A stretch of 64,000 bases of DNA. Source: Gammaproteobacteria bacterium (GTDB taxonomy: Bacteria > Pseudomonadota > Gammaproteobacteria > Steroidobacterales > Foliamicaceae). Positions within the stretch are counted from its first letter, which is position 1, and every line of letters starts with the position of its first letter. The stretch covers positions 22,039-86,038 of the forward strand of contig JAPOWV010000021.1 of assembly GCA_026707445.1 (NCBI GenBank). The letters run 5' to 3'. The position numbers and the translations under genes were made by a program. This document shows, piece after piece, positions 19,258 through 29,042 of this stretch. The notes beneath the pieces are model-generated. The model was not told where the DNA came from, made no database searches, and worked only from the letters and a program-made list of their open reading frames with translations.

Positions 19258-20031
19258 ATGTATACGGACGTGATAACGCCGAACACGGCCGTTCCGATGG
19301 CGGAGCGGCCGCGACTGGGTTTCCTGTATCCACGCGGCGGAAGCGCCTTCGAGTACTACCACTTCGCGGAATATTTCAACCACAACCTGTTGTGCTACCT
19401 GATCGGCGGCATGCATGCGTACGGAGGCGACAAGACCCACTATCCCGATCCCCTCTACGCGATCGGATCGATCGAGAATCTGAGTTACCCGACGCGTTCG
19501 ATGAAGCCCCTGCGCGTTCATGCAGCGATCTGGGCCACAACCAGCGCCAGCTTTATCGGCGGGATGCAGTGGTCGAAAGACCAGGCTGCAGGGCTTGCCG
19601 AGATCCTGGGCGCTCCGGTCAGCAGCACCGCGCTGGCCTATGCCGCGGCCATCCGGGCCCTGGGCATACGCCGTGTGGCGGTTCTGGCCAGCTATCCGAC
19701 GGAAGTCACCGAAGCCTTTCGCGGTTTTCTGAGCGAAGCCGGGATCGCGGTGGGCGGCGCCATTCACCTGAACACGGAAAGAGGAGAGGACGCGTTCGAC
19801 CTTGGGCCGGACCTGCTGATTGAAAAGGCGCTGTCGATGGACTGCTCCGGCGCCGAGGCCCTGCTGATACCGGATACGGCCATGGCGGCCTTCGAGGTCA
19901 TGCGCCGGCTGGAGGCCGAGCTCGATCTGCCCGTACTCACGGCCAATCAGGTCACAATATGGGAAGCGATCAGGCTGGCCGGGGCCCGCGTGCGGACCGC
20001 CGACTACGGCCGGCTGTTCGCGCTGACCTGA
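19258..20031 (+). CDS. Asp/Glu racemase - maleate isomerase/arylmalonate decarboxylase family protein (no catalytic Cys)
   Basis: LGFLYP, IWATTSASF, ALGIRRVAVLASYP, LIPDTAM, PVLTANQVTIW. Confidence 0.82.
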   Translation: MYTDVITPNTAVPMAERPRLGFLYPRGGSAFEYYHFAEYFNHNLLCYLIGGMHAYGGDKTHYPDPLYAIGSIENLSYPTRSMKPLRVHAAIWATTSASFIGGMQWSKDQAAGLAEILGAPVSSTALAYAAAIRALGIRRVAVLASYPTEVTEAFRGFLSEAGIAVGGAIHLNTERGEDAFDLGPDLLIEKALSMDCSGAEALLIPDTAMAAFEVMRRLEAELDLPVLTANQVTIWEAIRLAGARVRTADYGRLFALT

Positions 20032-20063
20032 GTGCTTTCAAGACACATGAAAGAGGGACCCGA

Positions 20064-21158
20064 TTGGCCAGTCTGACGCTGAAGAACGTCTGCAAGTCCT
20101 ATGATGATGTTGAAGTCATTCGGGACGTTACCGTGTCGGTGCCCAGGGGCACGTTTCTGGTGCTTGTCGGACCGTCCGGTTGCGGCAAGTCGACCCTGCT
20201 GCGGATGATTGCCGGGCTGGAACCGGTAACCGGCGGCGAAATCAGCATCAATGACCGGGTCGTCAACGATGTTCCGCCCAAGGAGCGGGACGTCGCGATG
20301 GTATTCCAGTCGTACGCGCTGTACCCGCACCTCAGCGTGGCGGAAAACATGGCCTTCTCGCTCAGGATGCGGCGGGCCGGCCAGCAGGAGATCGACGAGA
20401 AGGTGGGGCGGGCCGCCGAACTGCTCGGCCTTTCCGATTACCTCGACCGGTTGCCGCGGCAATTGTCCGGAGGGCAGTGCCAACGGGTGGCCATGGGCCG
20501 GGCGATCGTGCGCAATCCGGCGATTTTCCTGTTCGACGAGCCGCTTTCCAATCTGGATGCCAAGTTGCGCGGTCAGATGAGGATGGAATTGCGCGAGCTG
20601 CACCGCGAGATCGGCAACACGACGGTTTATGTAACGCATGATCAACTGGAAGCCATGACCATGGCCGACCGGATCCTGGTGCTCAACGAAGGCCGCACGG
20701 AGCAGATCGGGGAGCCGATGGAACTCTATAACCGGCCCGCCAACCTGTTCGTCGCCCAATTCATCGGCACGCAGGGAATGAATATTTTCGAAGGCCGAAT
20801 CGACGGTAACTGCTTCGTGTCCGGCGCCAGCGGCAGGATCCCGCTACCGGCCTGGGCCGGGCGGCACAGTGGCCGGGAGGTCGCGCTGGGTATCCGGCCG
20901 AAGCATTTCGAGTTCGTCGACGATGGCGGCGAAGGGATCGGCGCCACGGTGGCGGGCGCCGAAATCACCGGGGCCGAGGTCTTCCTGGACCTGCGGTTCG
21001 GGGGGCAAGCGTTCAACGCGAGCTATCGGGACCCACTGCCCGGGACTGCCGGATCGTCAATGTCGCGAAGCTCCGCAAGGTTCAGGCGCGGCGATCGGAT
21101 CCATGTGGCGCCCCGGCGGATCCACCTGTTCGACGCCGCCACCGGCAACAGGATCTAG
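20064..21158 (+). CDS. Sugar ABC transporter ATP-binding protein (MalK/UgpC type)
   Basis: GPSGCGKST, VFQSYALYPH, LSGGQ, LFDEPLSNLDAKLR, YVTHDQ; TTG start 20064 after GAGGG. Confidence 0.95.
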   Translation: MASLTLKNVCKSYDDVEVIRDVTVSVPRGTFLVLVGPSGCGKSTLLRMIAGLEPVTGGEISINDRVVNDVPPKERDVAMVFQSYALYPHLSVAENMAFSLRMRRAGQQEIDEKVGRAAELLGLSDYLDRLPRQLSGGQCQRVAMGRAIVRNPAIFLFDEPLSNLDAKLRGQMRMELRELHREIGNTTVYVTHDQLEAMTMADRILVLNEGRTEQIGEPMELYNRPANLFVAQFIGTQGMNIFEGRIDGNCFVSGASGRIPLPAWAGRHSGREVALGIRPKHFEFVDDGGEGIGATVAGAEITGAEVFLDLRFGGQAFNASYRDPLPGTAGSSMSRSSARFRRGDRIHVAPRRIHLFDAATGNRI

Positions 21159-21189
21159 CCACGAGACTGGTGTTTGGAGGAAGCGCAAC

Positions 21190-21519
21190 ATGCAGCGAAT
21201 GGGATGGATCATCCGGATACAGCCGGAGAAAATCGCCGAGTACAAGGCGCTTCACGCCAACGCCTGGCCCGGGGTGCTGGAGAGGATCCGTCAATGCAAC
21301 ATCCGAAACTACAGCATCTTCCTGCGCGAACCGGAAAACCTGCTGTTCGGGTATTTCGAGTATTACGGGGACGATTTCGAGGCGGACATGGCCAGAATGG
21401 ACCGCGACGAGGAAACCCGGCGCTGGTGGAAACTCACCGATCCCTGCCAGGAAGGTCTGGAAACCCGCGCGGAAGGCGAGTGGTGGGCGGCCATGGAGGA
21501 GGTATTTCACTGTGATTGA
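21190..21519 (+). CDS. L-rhamnose mutarotase family protein (possibly L-fucose mutarotase in this context)
   Basis: EYKALHANAWP, NIRNYSIFL, LFGYFEY, RRWWKL, EWWAAMEEVFHCD; GGAGG RBS. Confidence 0.9.
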   Translation: MQRMGWIIRIQPEKIAEYKALHANAWPGVLERIRQCNIRNYSIFLREPENLLFGYFEYYGDDFEADMARMDRDEETRRWWKLTDPCQEGLETRAEGEWWAAMEEVFHCD

Positions 21520-22673
21520 GGCCGCGTCCCTGGCGCTGGCAGACCGACGGATTGCCTGACGTGCTCGCGGACTTGCTCAAGCAGGACGACGCCTCCGCTT
21601 CGGAGGGATTCGATTTCTATTCCGACAACGCTGCCGGAGTCCACCCGCGGATCCTGGAGGCCCTGGTCGCCTGTAACAGGGGCTTCGTGCCGCCGTACGG
21701 AATGGAACGATTTACGCGGCGCATCGATTCCGCGTTCTCCGAAGTATTCGAACGCGAGTGTTTCGTGTTCCCGGTACCGACCGGTACCGCGGCGAACGGA
21801 CTCGCCCTGGGAGCGTTGGCGCCGCCGCACGGATTGATCTTCGCGCACCGCAATGCGCACATCGTCACAACGGAATGCGGCGCCCCGGAGTTCTTCACAC
21901 TGGGGGCCCGGCTGGCGTTGCTTGAGAGCCCGCACAACAAGCTGGCGGCATCCACGTTCGAGTCCGCCCTGCATGGCCACGCCCGGCGCACCGTGCATCA
22001 GCTCCTGCCGGCGGTGGTCAGCCTCACGCAGGCCACGGAACGCGGCACCGTATATGCGCTTGAGGAAATCGCGGCGATCAGCAGCCTGGCGCATGCGGCC
22101 GGATTGAAGGTCCAGATGGATGGCGCGCGGTTCGCCAACGCGATGGTGAGCCTGGATGCCACGCCGGCGGAGATGTCCTGGAAAGCGGGTGTGGATGCGG
22201 TGTCGTTCGGGGCGACCAAGAACGGCACGATGAACGCGGACGCGGTCGTGCTGTTCGACGAGGGACTGGCGGAGAAGGCGCGGTTCATACACAAGCGCGC
22301 CGGCTTCCTGCACTCGAAGATGCGCTTCATGTCGGCACAGTTGCTGGCCTACCTGGAAGACGGCTTGTGGATCGCCAATGCGCGGGCCGCGAACGCCAAC
22401 GCGGAGCGGCTGGCAGCGGCCCTGGCTTCGGTAAAGGGCGTGGAACTGAACGATCCGGTACAGGCGAACGAGCTTTTTCCCCGCCTGCCCGCACGTTTCC
22501 GGCGCCGATTGAAGTCCGAAGGCGTTCACTTGCGCGATTGGCCCGACGCTACGGGTAATCTGTTCCGCATCGTGACGTCCTATTGCGACGGAGAATCCAG
22601 AATCGGCGCGTTCGAGAAGGTTTGCCGGGAATTCGGCGGTGGCGAAGCGAACGCAACCCGTAGCGGCGAATGA
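21516..22673 (+). CDS. ltaE: Low-specificity L-threonine aldolase (beta-eliminating lyase, PLP)
   Basis: FYSDN, GTAANGLAL, ECGAPEF, TQATERGTVY, MDGARFANA, SFGATKNG; exact start uncertain. Confidence 0.85.
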   Translation: MRPRPWRWQTDGLPDVLADLLKQDDASASEGFDFYSDNAAGVHPRILEALVACNRGFVPPYGMERFTRRIDSAFSEVFERECFVFPVPTGTAANGLALGALAPPHGLIFAHRNAHIVTTECGAPEFFTLGARLALLESPHNKLAASTFESALHGHARRTVHQLLPAVVSLTQATERGTVYALEEIAAISSLAHAAGLKVQMDGARFANAMVSLDATPAEMSWKAGVDAVSFGATKNGTMNADAVVLFDEGLAEKARFIHKRAGFLHSKMRFMSAQLLAYLEDGLWIANARAANANAERLAAALASVKGVELNDPVQANELFPRLPARFRRRLKSEGVHLRDWPDATGNLFRIVTSYCDGESRIGAFEKVCREFGGGEANATRSGE

Positions 22674-23890
22674 TGGCGCGCGCGGCTTCAGCAACGTTTC
22701 GACGCTCGGCGAGGGCAGGCTCGCTTGAGCTTTCGGAAATCGTGCGCATTTCCGAGAAGGCCAGGGCCATGAGGGCCGCGGGCGAGGACGTGCTCAGTTT
22801 CGGCACCGGAGAGCCCGATTTTCCGACGCCGCCGCATGTAATCGAGCAGACCTGCGCCGCCATGAGGCAGGGCGCTATCCGCTATCCGCCCACACAGGGG
22901 CTGCCTGAACTGCGTCAGGCCATCTGCGACGATGCCGGGGCGCAAACCGGATTCTCGGCGGACCCGGCGGAAGTGATCGTCTCCACCGGTGCAAAACAGG
23001 TCCTGTTCAATGCGTTTCTGGCAACGCTGGATCCGGGCGACGAGGTCATCCTGCCGGCTCCGTACTGGACAAACTACGCGGACATTGTCGGGTTGGTGGG
23101 CGGGAAAGCGGTGCGGGTGGATTGCGGCGCGGAACTGACGCTAACGCCGGGACGCCTGCGCAGCGCCATTACGCCGAAGACGAGGTGGCTGGTGCTGAAC
23201 TCGCCGGGCAACCCGTCGGGCAAGGTGTACTCGCGCGCCGAACTCGAGGCCCTCGCGGAAGTCCTGCGGGAATTTGCGCAGGTTTGGGTGATGGCCGACG
23301 AGATCTACCAGCATATTTCCTACGAGCCTTTCTGTTCGTTCCGCGTGGCGGCGCCCGACCTTTCGGACCGCACGCTGATCGTCAACGGCGTATCGAAATC
23401 CTACGCCATGATCGGGTGGCGCATCGGATGGGGAATCGGGCCTGTGGAGCTGATCCGCGCGATGGTGGCAGTGCAGGGCCAGTCGACTTCTCCCGCATCC
23501 GTCGTGTCCCAGATCGCGGCCTGCGCGGCGCTCTCCGGCCCGCAGGAGTTGCTCGGGGAGCGTTGTGAATCCTTTCGCCGCCGCCGGGACCTGGTGGTGA
23601 GCGCGATCAACGCCATTGAAGCGGTGTCGTGCCGCGTGCCGGGCGGCGCTTTTTACATATTTCCGGATTGCCGGGCGACCTACGGGCTGAGTGCTCCGGA
23701 CGGGACGACCATTGCCGACGACTCGGACTACTGCGGTTACATACTCGATTCCGCCAGGGTAGCCATCGTCCCCAGCCGCACCTTCGGGCTGGGAGGTCAC
23801 TTCCGCCTGTCCTACGCCTACGCGGAGGAAGACCTCGTGGAAGGCTGCCGCCGTATCGAGGCGGCGACGGCCGCGCTTGCGCCGTGTTAA
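22670..23890 (+). CDS. Class I/II PLP aminotransferase (aspartate aminotransferase-like)
   Basis: GEPDF, GAKQ, NSPGNPSG, DEIY, NGVSKSYAMIGWRIG, RLSYA. Confidence 0.93.
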   Translation: MMARAASATFRRSARAGSLELSEIVRISEKARAMRAAGEDVLSFGTGEPDFPTPPHVIEQTCAAMRQGAIRYPPTQGLPELRQAICDDAGAQTGFSADPAEVIVSTGAKQVLFNAFLATLDPGDEVILPAPYWTNYADIVGLVGGKAVRVDCGAELTLTPGRLRSAITPKTRWLVLNSPGNPSGKVYSRAELEALAEVLREFAQVWVMADEIYQHISYEPFCSFRVAAPDLSDRTLIVNGVSKSYAMIGWRIGWGIGPVELIRAMVAVQGQSTSPASVVSQIAACAALSGPQELLGERCESFRRRRDLVVSAINAIEAVSCRVPGGAFYIFPDCRATYGLSAPDGTTIADDSDYCGYILDSARVAIVPSRTFGLGGHFRLSYAYAEEDLVEGCRRIEAATAALAPC

Positions 23891-23898
23891 CAGGCCCC
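23884..23898. repeat. Dispersed 15-bp motif GYGTTAACANGCYCY, copy A
   Basis: GTGTTAACAGGCCCC at a convergent junction; similar copies at 28703 and 41461. Confidence 0.5.
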
Positions 23899-23901
23899 GG
23901 G

Positions 23902-25194
23902 CTACCCCAGCTCCGCCACCGTCTGCAGTTTTCTCATCGCCTCTTCGGGTTCAATGCGGCTGTTGAGCAGGTCAACCGTTACATCGTGCATGGTCTGACC
24001 GACCGCCGCCGGCATGGCGTTTTCGATAAACGTCTGAAACCATTCCGATTGGCTGACTTCGTTTGCAGCGGCCCGCAACATCGGATCGGTGACACTGCTT
24101 CCCGCGGCCACATGCACCGGAATGTTCAGTCCGAGTTCGGCAAGCCTCCGCTGGTTGGACCGGTTCGTGAGAAACCTCAGGAATTCAAGGGCTGCATCGG
24201 ACGACCCCGTGGTGAGCGCCCAGCCGCCTACCGCACCGTAGATGTCCGTTCTGCTGCCGGGCGTGCCGGGTACTACAGGCATGGAAAAGAAACCGATCGT
24301 CCCGGTTGCAAGACCAATGCCGTCGGAGGCGTTCTTTTGCTGTTCGCTCGGTGTGGTGGCGCTGTAGGCCATAACCATTGCGGCCTTCCCGTCCCCGAAC
24401 AGGCCGGTCGCCTTGGGATACTTGGAGGCCGCGAATCCCTGCTGAAAGGAATCCGCCTCCGCCAGCTGCCTGACCATTCGCGCGGCCTCGATCATGCAGG
24501 GCATCAGAAAACCCTGGCCCCGGCCCTGCATTGCGTGCCGAAACGCCTCTTTCCCGCATACGCGCGTGGCGGCCAGTCCGAAATACGACCCCACGGTCCA
24601 GGGGTCCGCCGGACCCGCCGCGATCGGTGTCACGCCGAACGCCCGCAGGGCGGCAACCGCCTGGAGAAAATCGCCCCAGGTTTCCACCGAACCGGCGTCG
24701 ATTCCGGCTTGCCGGAACAGGTCCTTGTTGTAATAGAAGTCCACCTTGGTGATGTGGTGCGGCACGCCGATGATGGCGCCGTCGTAGGTGAAGTTGTCCA
24801 GCGCGGCGGGCACGAAGCTGTCGGACCAACCGTCGCGCAGCATCTCGGCGCTCAAGTCGCGCACCGCCCCGATATCGTAGAGCTGCCGCAGGAGGCCGGC
24901 GCCCTGAGTGAACAGGATGTCCGGCTTGGTGGGCGATGCGATCAGGGTCGGCAGCCGCTGGCTCATCCGGGCGAGATAACGGTATTTGACCTCCACGCCC
25001 GGATTGCTGGCCTCGAAATCAGCGATGACCTCATCGTAGAAGGCGATGATCCTGGGGTTTCGCTCGGCGAACACCCAGTGGACCGTGGTGGCGCCATCCG
25101 CATTCGGCGAACGCTTGTCGAGGTTGAGGCTCGACCATCCCGCAACCGCGACCAGGGCGCAGAAAACGATGGCGATCCAGGGTTTACGGATCAA
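23902..25194 (-). CDS. Sugar ABC transporter substrate-binding protein (family 1)
   Basis: Signal/anchor, FEASNPGVEV, PDI, YDGAIIGVP, YYNKDLFRQAGI, TWGDF, FGDGKAAM. Confidence 0.9.
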   Translation of the reverse strand: MIRKPWIAIVFCALVAVAGWSSLNLDKRSPNADGATTVHWVFAERNPRIIAFYDEVIADFEASNPGVEVKYRYLARMSQRLPTLIASPTKPDILFTQGAGLLRQLYDIGAVRDLSAEMLRDGWSDSFVPAALDNFTYDGAIIGVPHHITKVDFYYNKDLFRQAGIDAGSVETWGDFLQAVAALRAFGVTPIAAGPADPWTVGSYFGLAATRVCGKEAFRHAMQGRGQGFLMPCMIEAARMVRQLAEADSFQQGFAASKYPKATGLFGDGKAAMVMAYSATTPSEQQKNASDGIGLATGTIGFFSMPVVPGTPGSRTDIYGAVGGWALTTGSSDAALEFLRFLTNRSNQRRLAELGLNIPVHVAAGSSVTDPMLRAAANEVSQSEWFQTFIENAMPAAVGQTMHDVTVDLLNSRIEPEEAMRKLQTVAELG

Positions 25195-25289
25195 GCCGGC
25201 AGTCCTGCGGCCTGCGCCGCGTTACCGCCGCGGAAGTTTCCGGACTTCATATCCGTCATGGTAGCAGTGTCCAGTAAAGTAGCTCGCTC

Positions 25290-26426
25290 ATGACAAGACG
25301 AGCGCACCATGGCGGGGTCGCGACAGGTCAGCGGCCCTGGGGCGGAGAGCGGGAACCGACGATCAACGGAACAGGATCCGACGCTGTCGTTGACGGGGGC
25401 CGGGTGGCGCTGTTCGAAATTGGAGACCGACACGGAATTCGGGCCGCGATTACCAACTTCGGTGGCCGGGTTGTGGCATTGATGGCGCCTGATTGGCAAG
25501 GCGCCATTGCGGACGTTGTCCTTGGTTATGGAACTCTGAAGGGGTACCTGGCCAATCCGGAGCACTACCTGGGCGCCCTGATCGGGCGATACGCAAACCG
25601 CATAGAGAATTCGCGGTTCGAACTCAAGGGCGTCAGCTACGAGCTGGATCCGAACGAAGGCCGTCATTGCCTGCATGGAGGCAGCCCCGGCTTTCATGGC
25701 CGGGTCTGGAATATTGTGAATCACGACAAACACAGTCTTGTTCTGTCCCGCGTGTCGGCGGACGGGGAGGGCGGTTTCCCGGGGACCCTGGAGGTTCAGG
25801 CAAAGTATGCGATCGAAGACGAGACTGCACTGGTGATCGAACTGACCGCGGTCTCGGACAAGACCACAGTTGTCAACCTGAGCAGCCACATGTACTTCAA
25901 TCTGGCCGGCGTGCACGCAGGGCCGATCAACGATCACCGACTTGAATTGCGCGCCAGCCGTTTCACCCCGGTTGACGAGCAACTGATTCCTACCGGCGAA
26001 TTCCGCAGCGTTCGGAGCACGCCCATGGACTTTCGCAGTGCGCGGCGTATCGGAGAGGCTATGTTTCAGGACGACGAGCAACTGAGGTTCGGATCGGGCT
26101 TCGACCACAATTTCGCCGTGGATTCGCATGATGCGGGCACGCTCAACGCAGTGGCGATGGTTACGGAACCCAAGACAGGCAGGACAATGCAACTGTTTTC
26201 TAACCAGCCGGGGGTGCATTTCTACACCGGCAATCACCTGGATGACGCGGGAACAGGCAAGCAAGGCATTGCAATCGAACGGCACCACGGTTTCTGTCTG
26301 GAAGCGCAGAACTTTCCCGCGGCGCCGAACCGCGCGGGTTTTCCGAACTGTGTCCTGGAACCCGGCGAGCCCTATCGTTCGGAAATCGTCTACCGGTTCG
26401 GCGTTGCCGGCGGGCGCCGGCCATGA
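25290..26426 (+). CDS. galM: Aldose 1-epimerase (galactose mutarotase)
   Basis: DVVLGY, GALIGRYANRI, LHGG, GFPG, NLSSHMYFNL, GFDHNF, FYTGN, CLEAQ. Confidence 0.93.
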   Translation: MTRRAHHGGVATGQRPWGGEREPTINGTGSDAVVDGGRVALFEIGDRHGIRAAITNFGGRVVALMAPDWQGAIADVVLGYGTLKGYLANPEHYLGALIGRYANRIENSRFELKGVSYELDPNEGRHCLHGGSPGFHGRVWNIVNHDKHSLVLSRVSADGEGGFPGTLEVQAKYAIEDETALVIELTAVSDKTTVVNLSSHMYFNLAGVHAGPINDHRLELRASRFTPVDEQLIPTGEFRSVRSTPMDFRSARRIGEAMFQDDEQLRFGSGFDHNFAVDSHDAGTLNAVAMVTEPKTGRTMQLFSNQPGVHFYTGNHLDDAGTGKQGIAIERHHGFCLEAQNFPAAPNRAGFPNCVLEPGEPYRSEIVYRFGVAGGRRP

Positions 26427-28669
26427 GCGGCCGGGACCGAACACCACCGTCGACAGCCGAATCGGCTCGGTGTGCCGAATTGCTGGCACGCATGACCCTT
26501 GCGGAGAAGATCGCCCAGTTGTGCGCGGTTTGGGTAACGGACCTTCTTGAGGACGGAAGGTTTTCGGAAGAAAAAGCCGGCCAGCACCTTGCCGAAGGCA
26601 TCGGACATGTTTCGCGCGTGGCCGGAGTCAGCGGACTGCCGGTTGGTGAGGCCGCCGCCGTCGCCGATGCGATACAGGACTATCTGCGGCACAACACGCG
26701 GCTGGGTGTGCCGGCAATTCTTCACGAAGAGTGCCTGTGCGGCTTTCAGGCACGGGGAACCACGTCCTTCCCCCAGGCCATAGGCTTGGCAAGCGCCTGG
26801 AATCCGGACCTGGTGGAGCGAATCGGCGCGGTCATCCGCAAGGAAATGCGGGCCGTGGGAACGCACCAGGCTCTCGGACCGGTGCTCGACCTGGTACGCG
26901 ACCCGCGATGGGGCCGCTGCGAAGAGACTTTCGGCGAGGACCCGTATCTGGCCGCTTGCATGGGACTGGCTGCCGTTCGGGGCTTGCAGGGCGACGACCT
27001 GCGCACCGGCATCGGCGCCACGCTGAAGCATTTCGTGGCCCATGGCTCGTCGGAGGGCGGCCGCAACGAGGCGCCCGTGTCCGCCGGGCCCCGCGAGCTG
27101 CGGGACTGTTTCATGGTTCCCTTCGAAAGGGTCGTGAAGGAAACGGAAGTGCTTTCGGTGATGAATGCCTACCACGACATCGACGGCATCCCCTGCGCGG
27201 GTTCCGCAGAGCTTCTGACGTCGATACTGCGTGAGGAGTGGGGATTCGGCGGAATCGTCGTTTCGGACTACGAGGCCGTGGACCAGCTGCGGCGCATGCA
27301 TTTCACGGCCGCGGACAAGGCCGAGGCGGCGCGCCAGGCGCTCGAGGCCGGAATCGATGTGGAGCTGCCCGCGGCCGACTGTTTCGGGGAACCGCTTGCA
27401 TCGGCGGTAAAGTCGGGCCGGGTAAGCGTGGAATTGATCGATCGCGCCGCAATGCGCGTGCTTGCCGCGAAGGAACGGCTGGGCTTGCTGGATGCTGCCC
27501 CCTCCCGGCAACCGTCAGTGGACCTGTCGGTCATCGACAGCGCAAGCCATCGCTCGCTGTCCGGGCGGGCAGCCGGCGAATCCCTGGTCTTGCTGAAGAA
27601 TGATGGAGTGCTGCCATTGGGCGGGAAGCTGGCCTCGCTGGCCGTTATCGGACCGAATGCCCACAGCGTGCGCAATCTGCTGGGCGACTACGCCTTCGAA
27701 GCGGCCTATGGCGTTCCGGTGGGGCTGTCCGAAGGGACCAGCATTCTCAAGGGTCTCGAGGACATTGCCGGACCTGGCGTAAGGCTCAATTTCTCCCCGG
27801 GCTGCGACATCGGGGGCGAGGACTCAAGCGGGATAGAGCCGGCCGTTCGCGCCGCAGAGCGCTCCGATGCGGTCGTTCTGGCCGTGGGCGGGCGTTCGGG
27901 AAGCGAACCCGTATTGCGCGGTTATTCGGAGCATGGCGATACCTCCGGGGAAGGGCGGGACCGCGCGGAGCTGGGCCTTCCCGGCGTGCAGGAGCAACTC
28001 GTCCGTGAACTTGCCGCTACCGGTAAACCCATGGTGCTGGTGGTTGTGGACGGCCGTCCGCTGGCGCTGGGAAATGTCGAAAGGCATGCGTCGGCCATAC
28101 TCTGGTGCTGGCTGCCCGGGAAGCAGGGGGGAGGGCCGATTGCCCGGGCGCTGTTCGGCGCGCTCAATCCCGCGGGCCGACTGCCGGTCACTCTGCCTCG
28201 CGAAACGGGCCAGGTCCCGGTGCACTACAACCGCCACTCCGCTTCTTCCAAATGGGACTACATCTTCGGTTCCAACCGCCCGCTTTATCCCTTCGGGCAT
28301 GGCCTGAGTTACACGCAGTTCGTTTACGGCGGACTGCGGCTGAGCGCGGAGCGGATCGGCCGCGACGAAACTCTCGGCATAGCCTTCGAGGTGCGCAACG
28401 CCGGAAGGCGCGATGGCGATGAAGTGGCGCAGCTATACGTGCGTGATGAAATCGCCAGCGTCGTGCGGCCGGTTAAGGAACTGAAGCGATTTGCCCGCTT
28501 GCACCTGAAGGCCGGCGAGGAAACCACGATCAAGTTCCGGTTGCCGATGCGGGAGCTGGCCTTTCACGACCGCTCGCTTAACCGGGTGGTCGAGGCCGGT
28601 GCGTACGAGATTCAGGTCGGCGCGTCGAGCGAAGACATTCGCCTCAAGGAAAGGTTCAGCGTCGTCTGA
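26423..28669 (+). CDS. GH3 beta-glucosidase/beta-xylosidase with Fn3-like C-terminus
   Basis: RLGVP..HEECLCG, FPQAIGLASAW, RDPRWGRCEETFGEDP, KHF, VVSDY nucleophile, GEGRD, YPFGHGLSYT; no signal peptide. Confidence 0.95.
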   Translation: MSGRDRTPPSTAESARCAELLARMTLAEKIAQLCAVWVTDLLEDGRFSEEKAGQHLAEGIGHVSRVAGVSGLPVGEAAAVADAIQDYLRHNTRLGVPAILHEECLCGFQARGTTSFPQAIGLASAWNPDLVERIGAVIRKEMRAVGTHQALGPVLDLVRDPRWGRCEETFGEDPYLAACMGLAAVRGLQGDDLRTGIGATLKHFVAHGSSEGGRNEAPVSAGPRELRDCFMVPFERVVKETEVLSVMNAYHDIDGIPCAGSAELLTSILREEWGFGGIVVSDYEAVDQLRRMHFTAADKAEAARQALEAGIDVELPAADCFGEPLASAVKSGRVSVELIDRAAMRVLAAKERLGLLDAAPSRQPSVDLSVIDSASHRSLSGRAAGESLVLLKNDGVLPLGGKLASLAVIGPNAHSVRNLLGDYAFEAAYGVPVGLSEGTSILKGLEDIAGPGVRLNFSPGCDIGGEDSSGIEPAVRAAERSDAVVLAVGGRSGSEPVLRGYSEHGDTSGEGRDRAELGLPGVQEQLVRELAATGKPMVLVVVDGRPLALGNVERHASAILWCWLPGKQGGGPIARALFGALNPAGRLPVTLPRETGQVPVHYNRHSASSKWDYIFGSNRPLYPFGHGLSYTQFVYGGLRLSAERIGRDETLGIAFEVRNAGRRDGDEVAQLYVRDEIASVVRPVKELKRFARLHLKAGEETTIKFRLPMRELAFHDRSLNRVVEAGAYEIQVGASSEDIRLKERFSVV

Positions 28670-28702
28670 GAGGGTATCGGCGCGGGCTCCCTGCGCCGCA
28701 TA

Positions 28703-28717
28703 GCGTTAACACGCCCT
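28703..28717. repeat. Dispersed 15-bp motif, copy B
   Basis: GCGTTAACACGCCCT at the convergent GH3/small-ORF junction. Confidence 0.5.
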
Positions 28718-28734
28718 GGTCTTGGTTGGATTTG

Positions 28735-28926
28735 TTAACCTGCGTTTTCAGACACAGGCGGCGGCATTTCGCCGCGAGCAATCAGGAGGCCCTCAACTCT
28801 CGCTAAGCGGGTCTCAACAGATACCAGTCTTTGGTTGGTATCTGCCCAAGTCATCCAGATTGCGATAAGAAGTGTCACAGTTACCCCGAGCCCGGTGCTG
28901 ACAATTGTGATCATTTCTTTGTTCAT
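28735..28926 (-). CDS. Small hypothetical membrane protein (single TM + short coiled coil)
   Basis: 63 aa; hydrophobic ITIVSTGLGVTVTLLIAIW followed by heptad RLVSVETRLARVEGLL; fills an otherwise non-coding AT-rich gap. Confidence 0.65.
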   Translation of the reverse strand: MNKEMITIVSTGLGVTVTLLIAIWMTWADTNQRLVSVETRLARVEGLLIARGEMPPPVSENAG

Positions 28927-29042
28927 ATTGGAAATATACTACAAGGAGACATTAAGGTATTCGTTCGGAATTGGCGAGTTTTTTGGAATTTAGAGAATTC
29001 TTCGCGAAGCGAGTTCGTTACTAAGGTAAATAAGCCCGAAAA

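Noticed and set aside
17053-19767. 904-aa minus-strand ORF
   Set aside because: Antisense to well-supported plus-strand genes; no domain signature
23629-25293. 554-aa plus-strand ORF and similar long ORFs (40536-42065, 49379-50863, 61062-62876)
   Set aside because: Shadow or off-frame ORFs overlapping clear genes
28700-28741. attC-like appearance after the small ORF (TAAC...GTTAAC)
   Set aside because: Only about 30 bp between boxes, core sites do not fit RYYYAAC/GTTRRRY, no hairpin, no integrase
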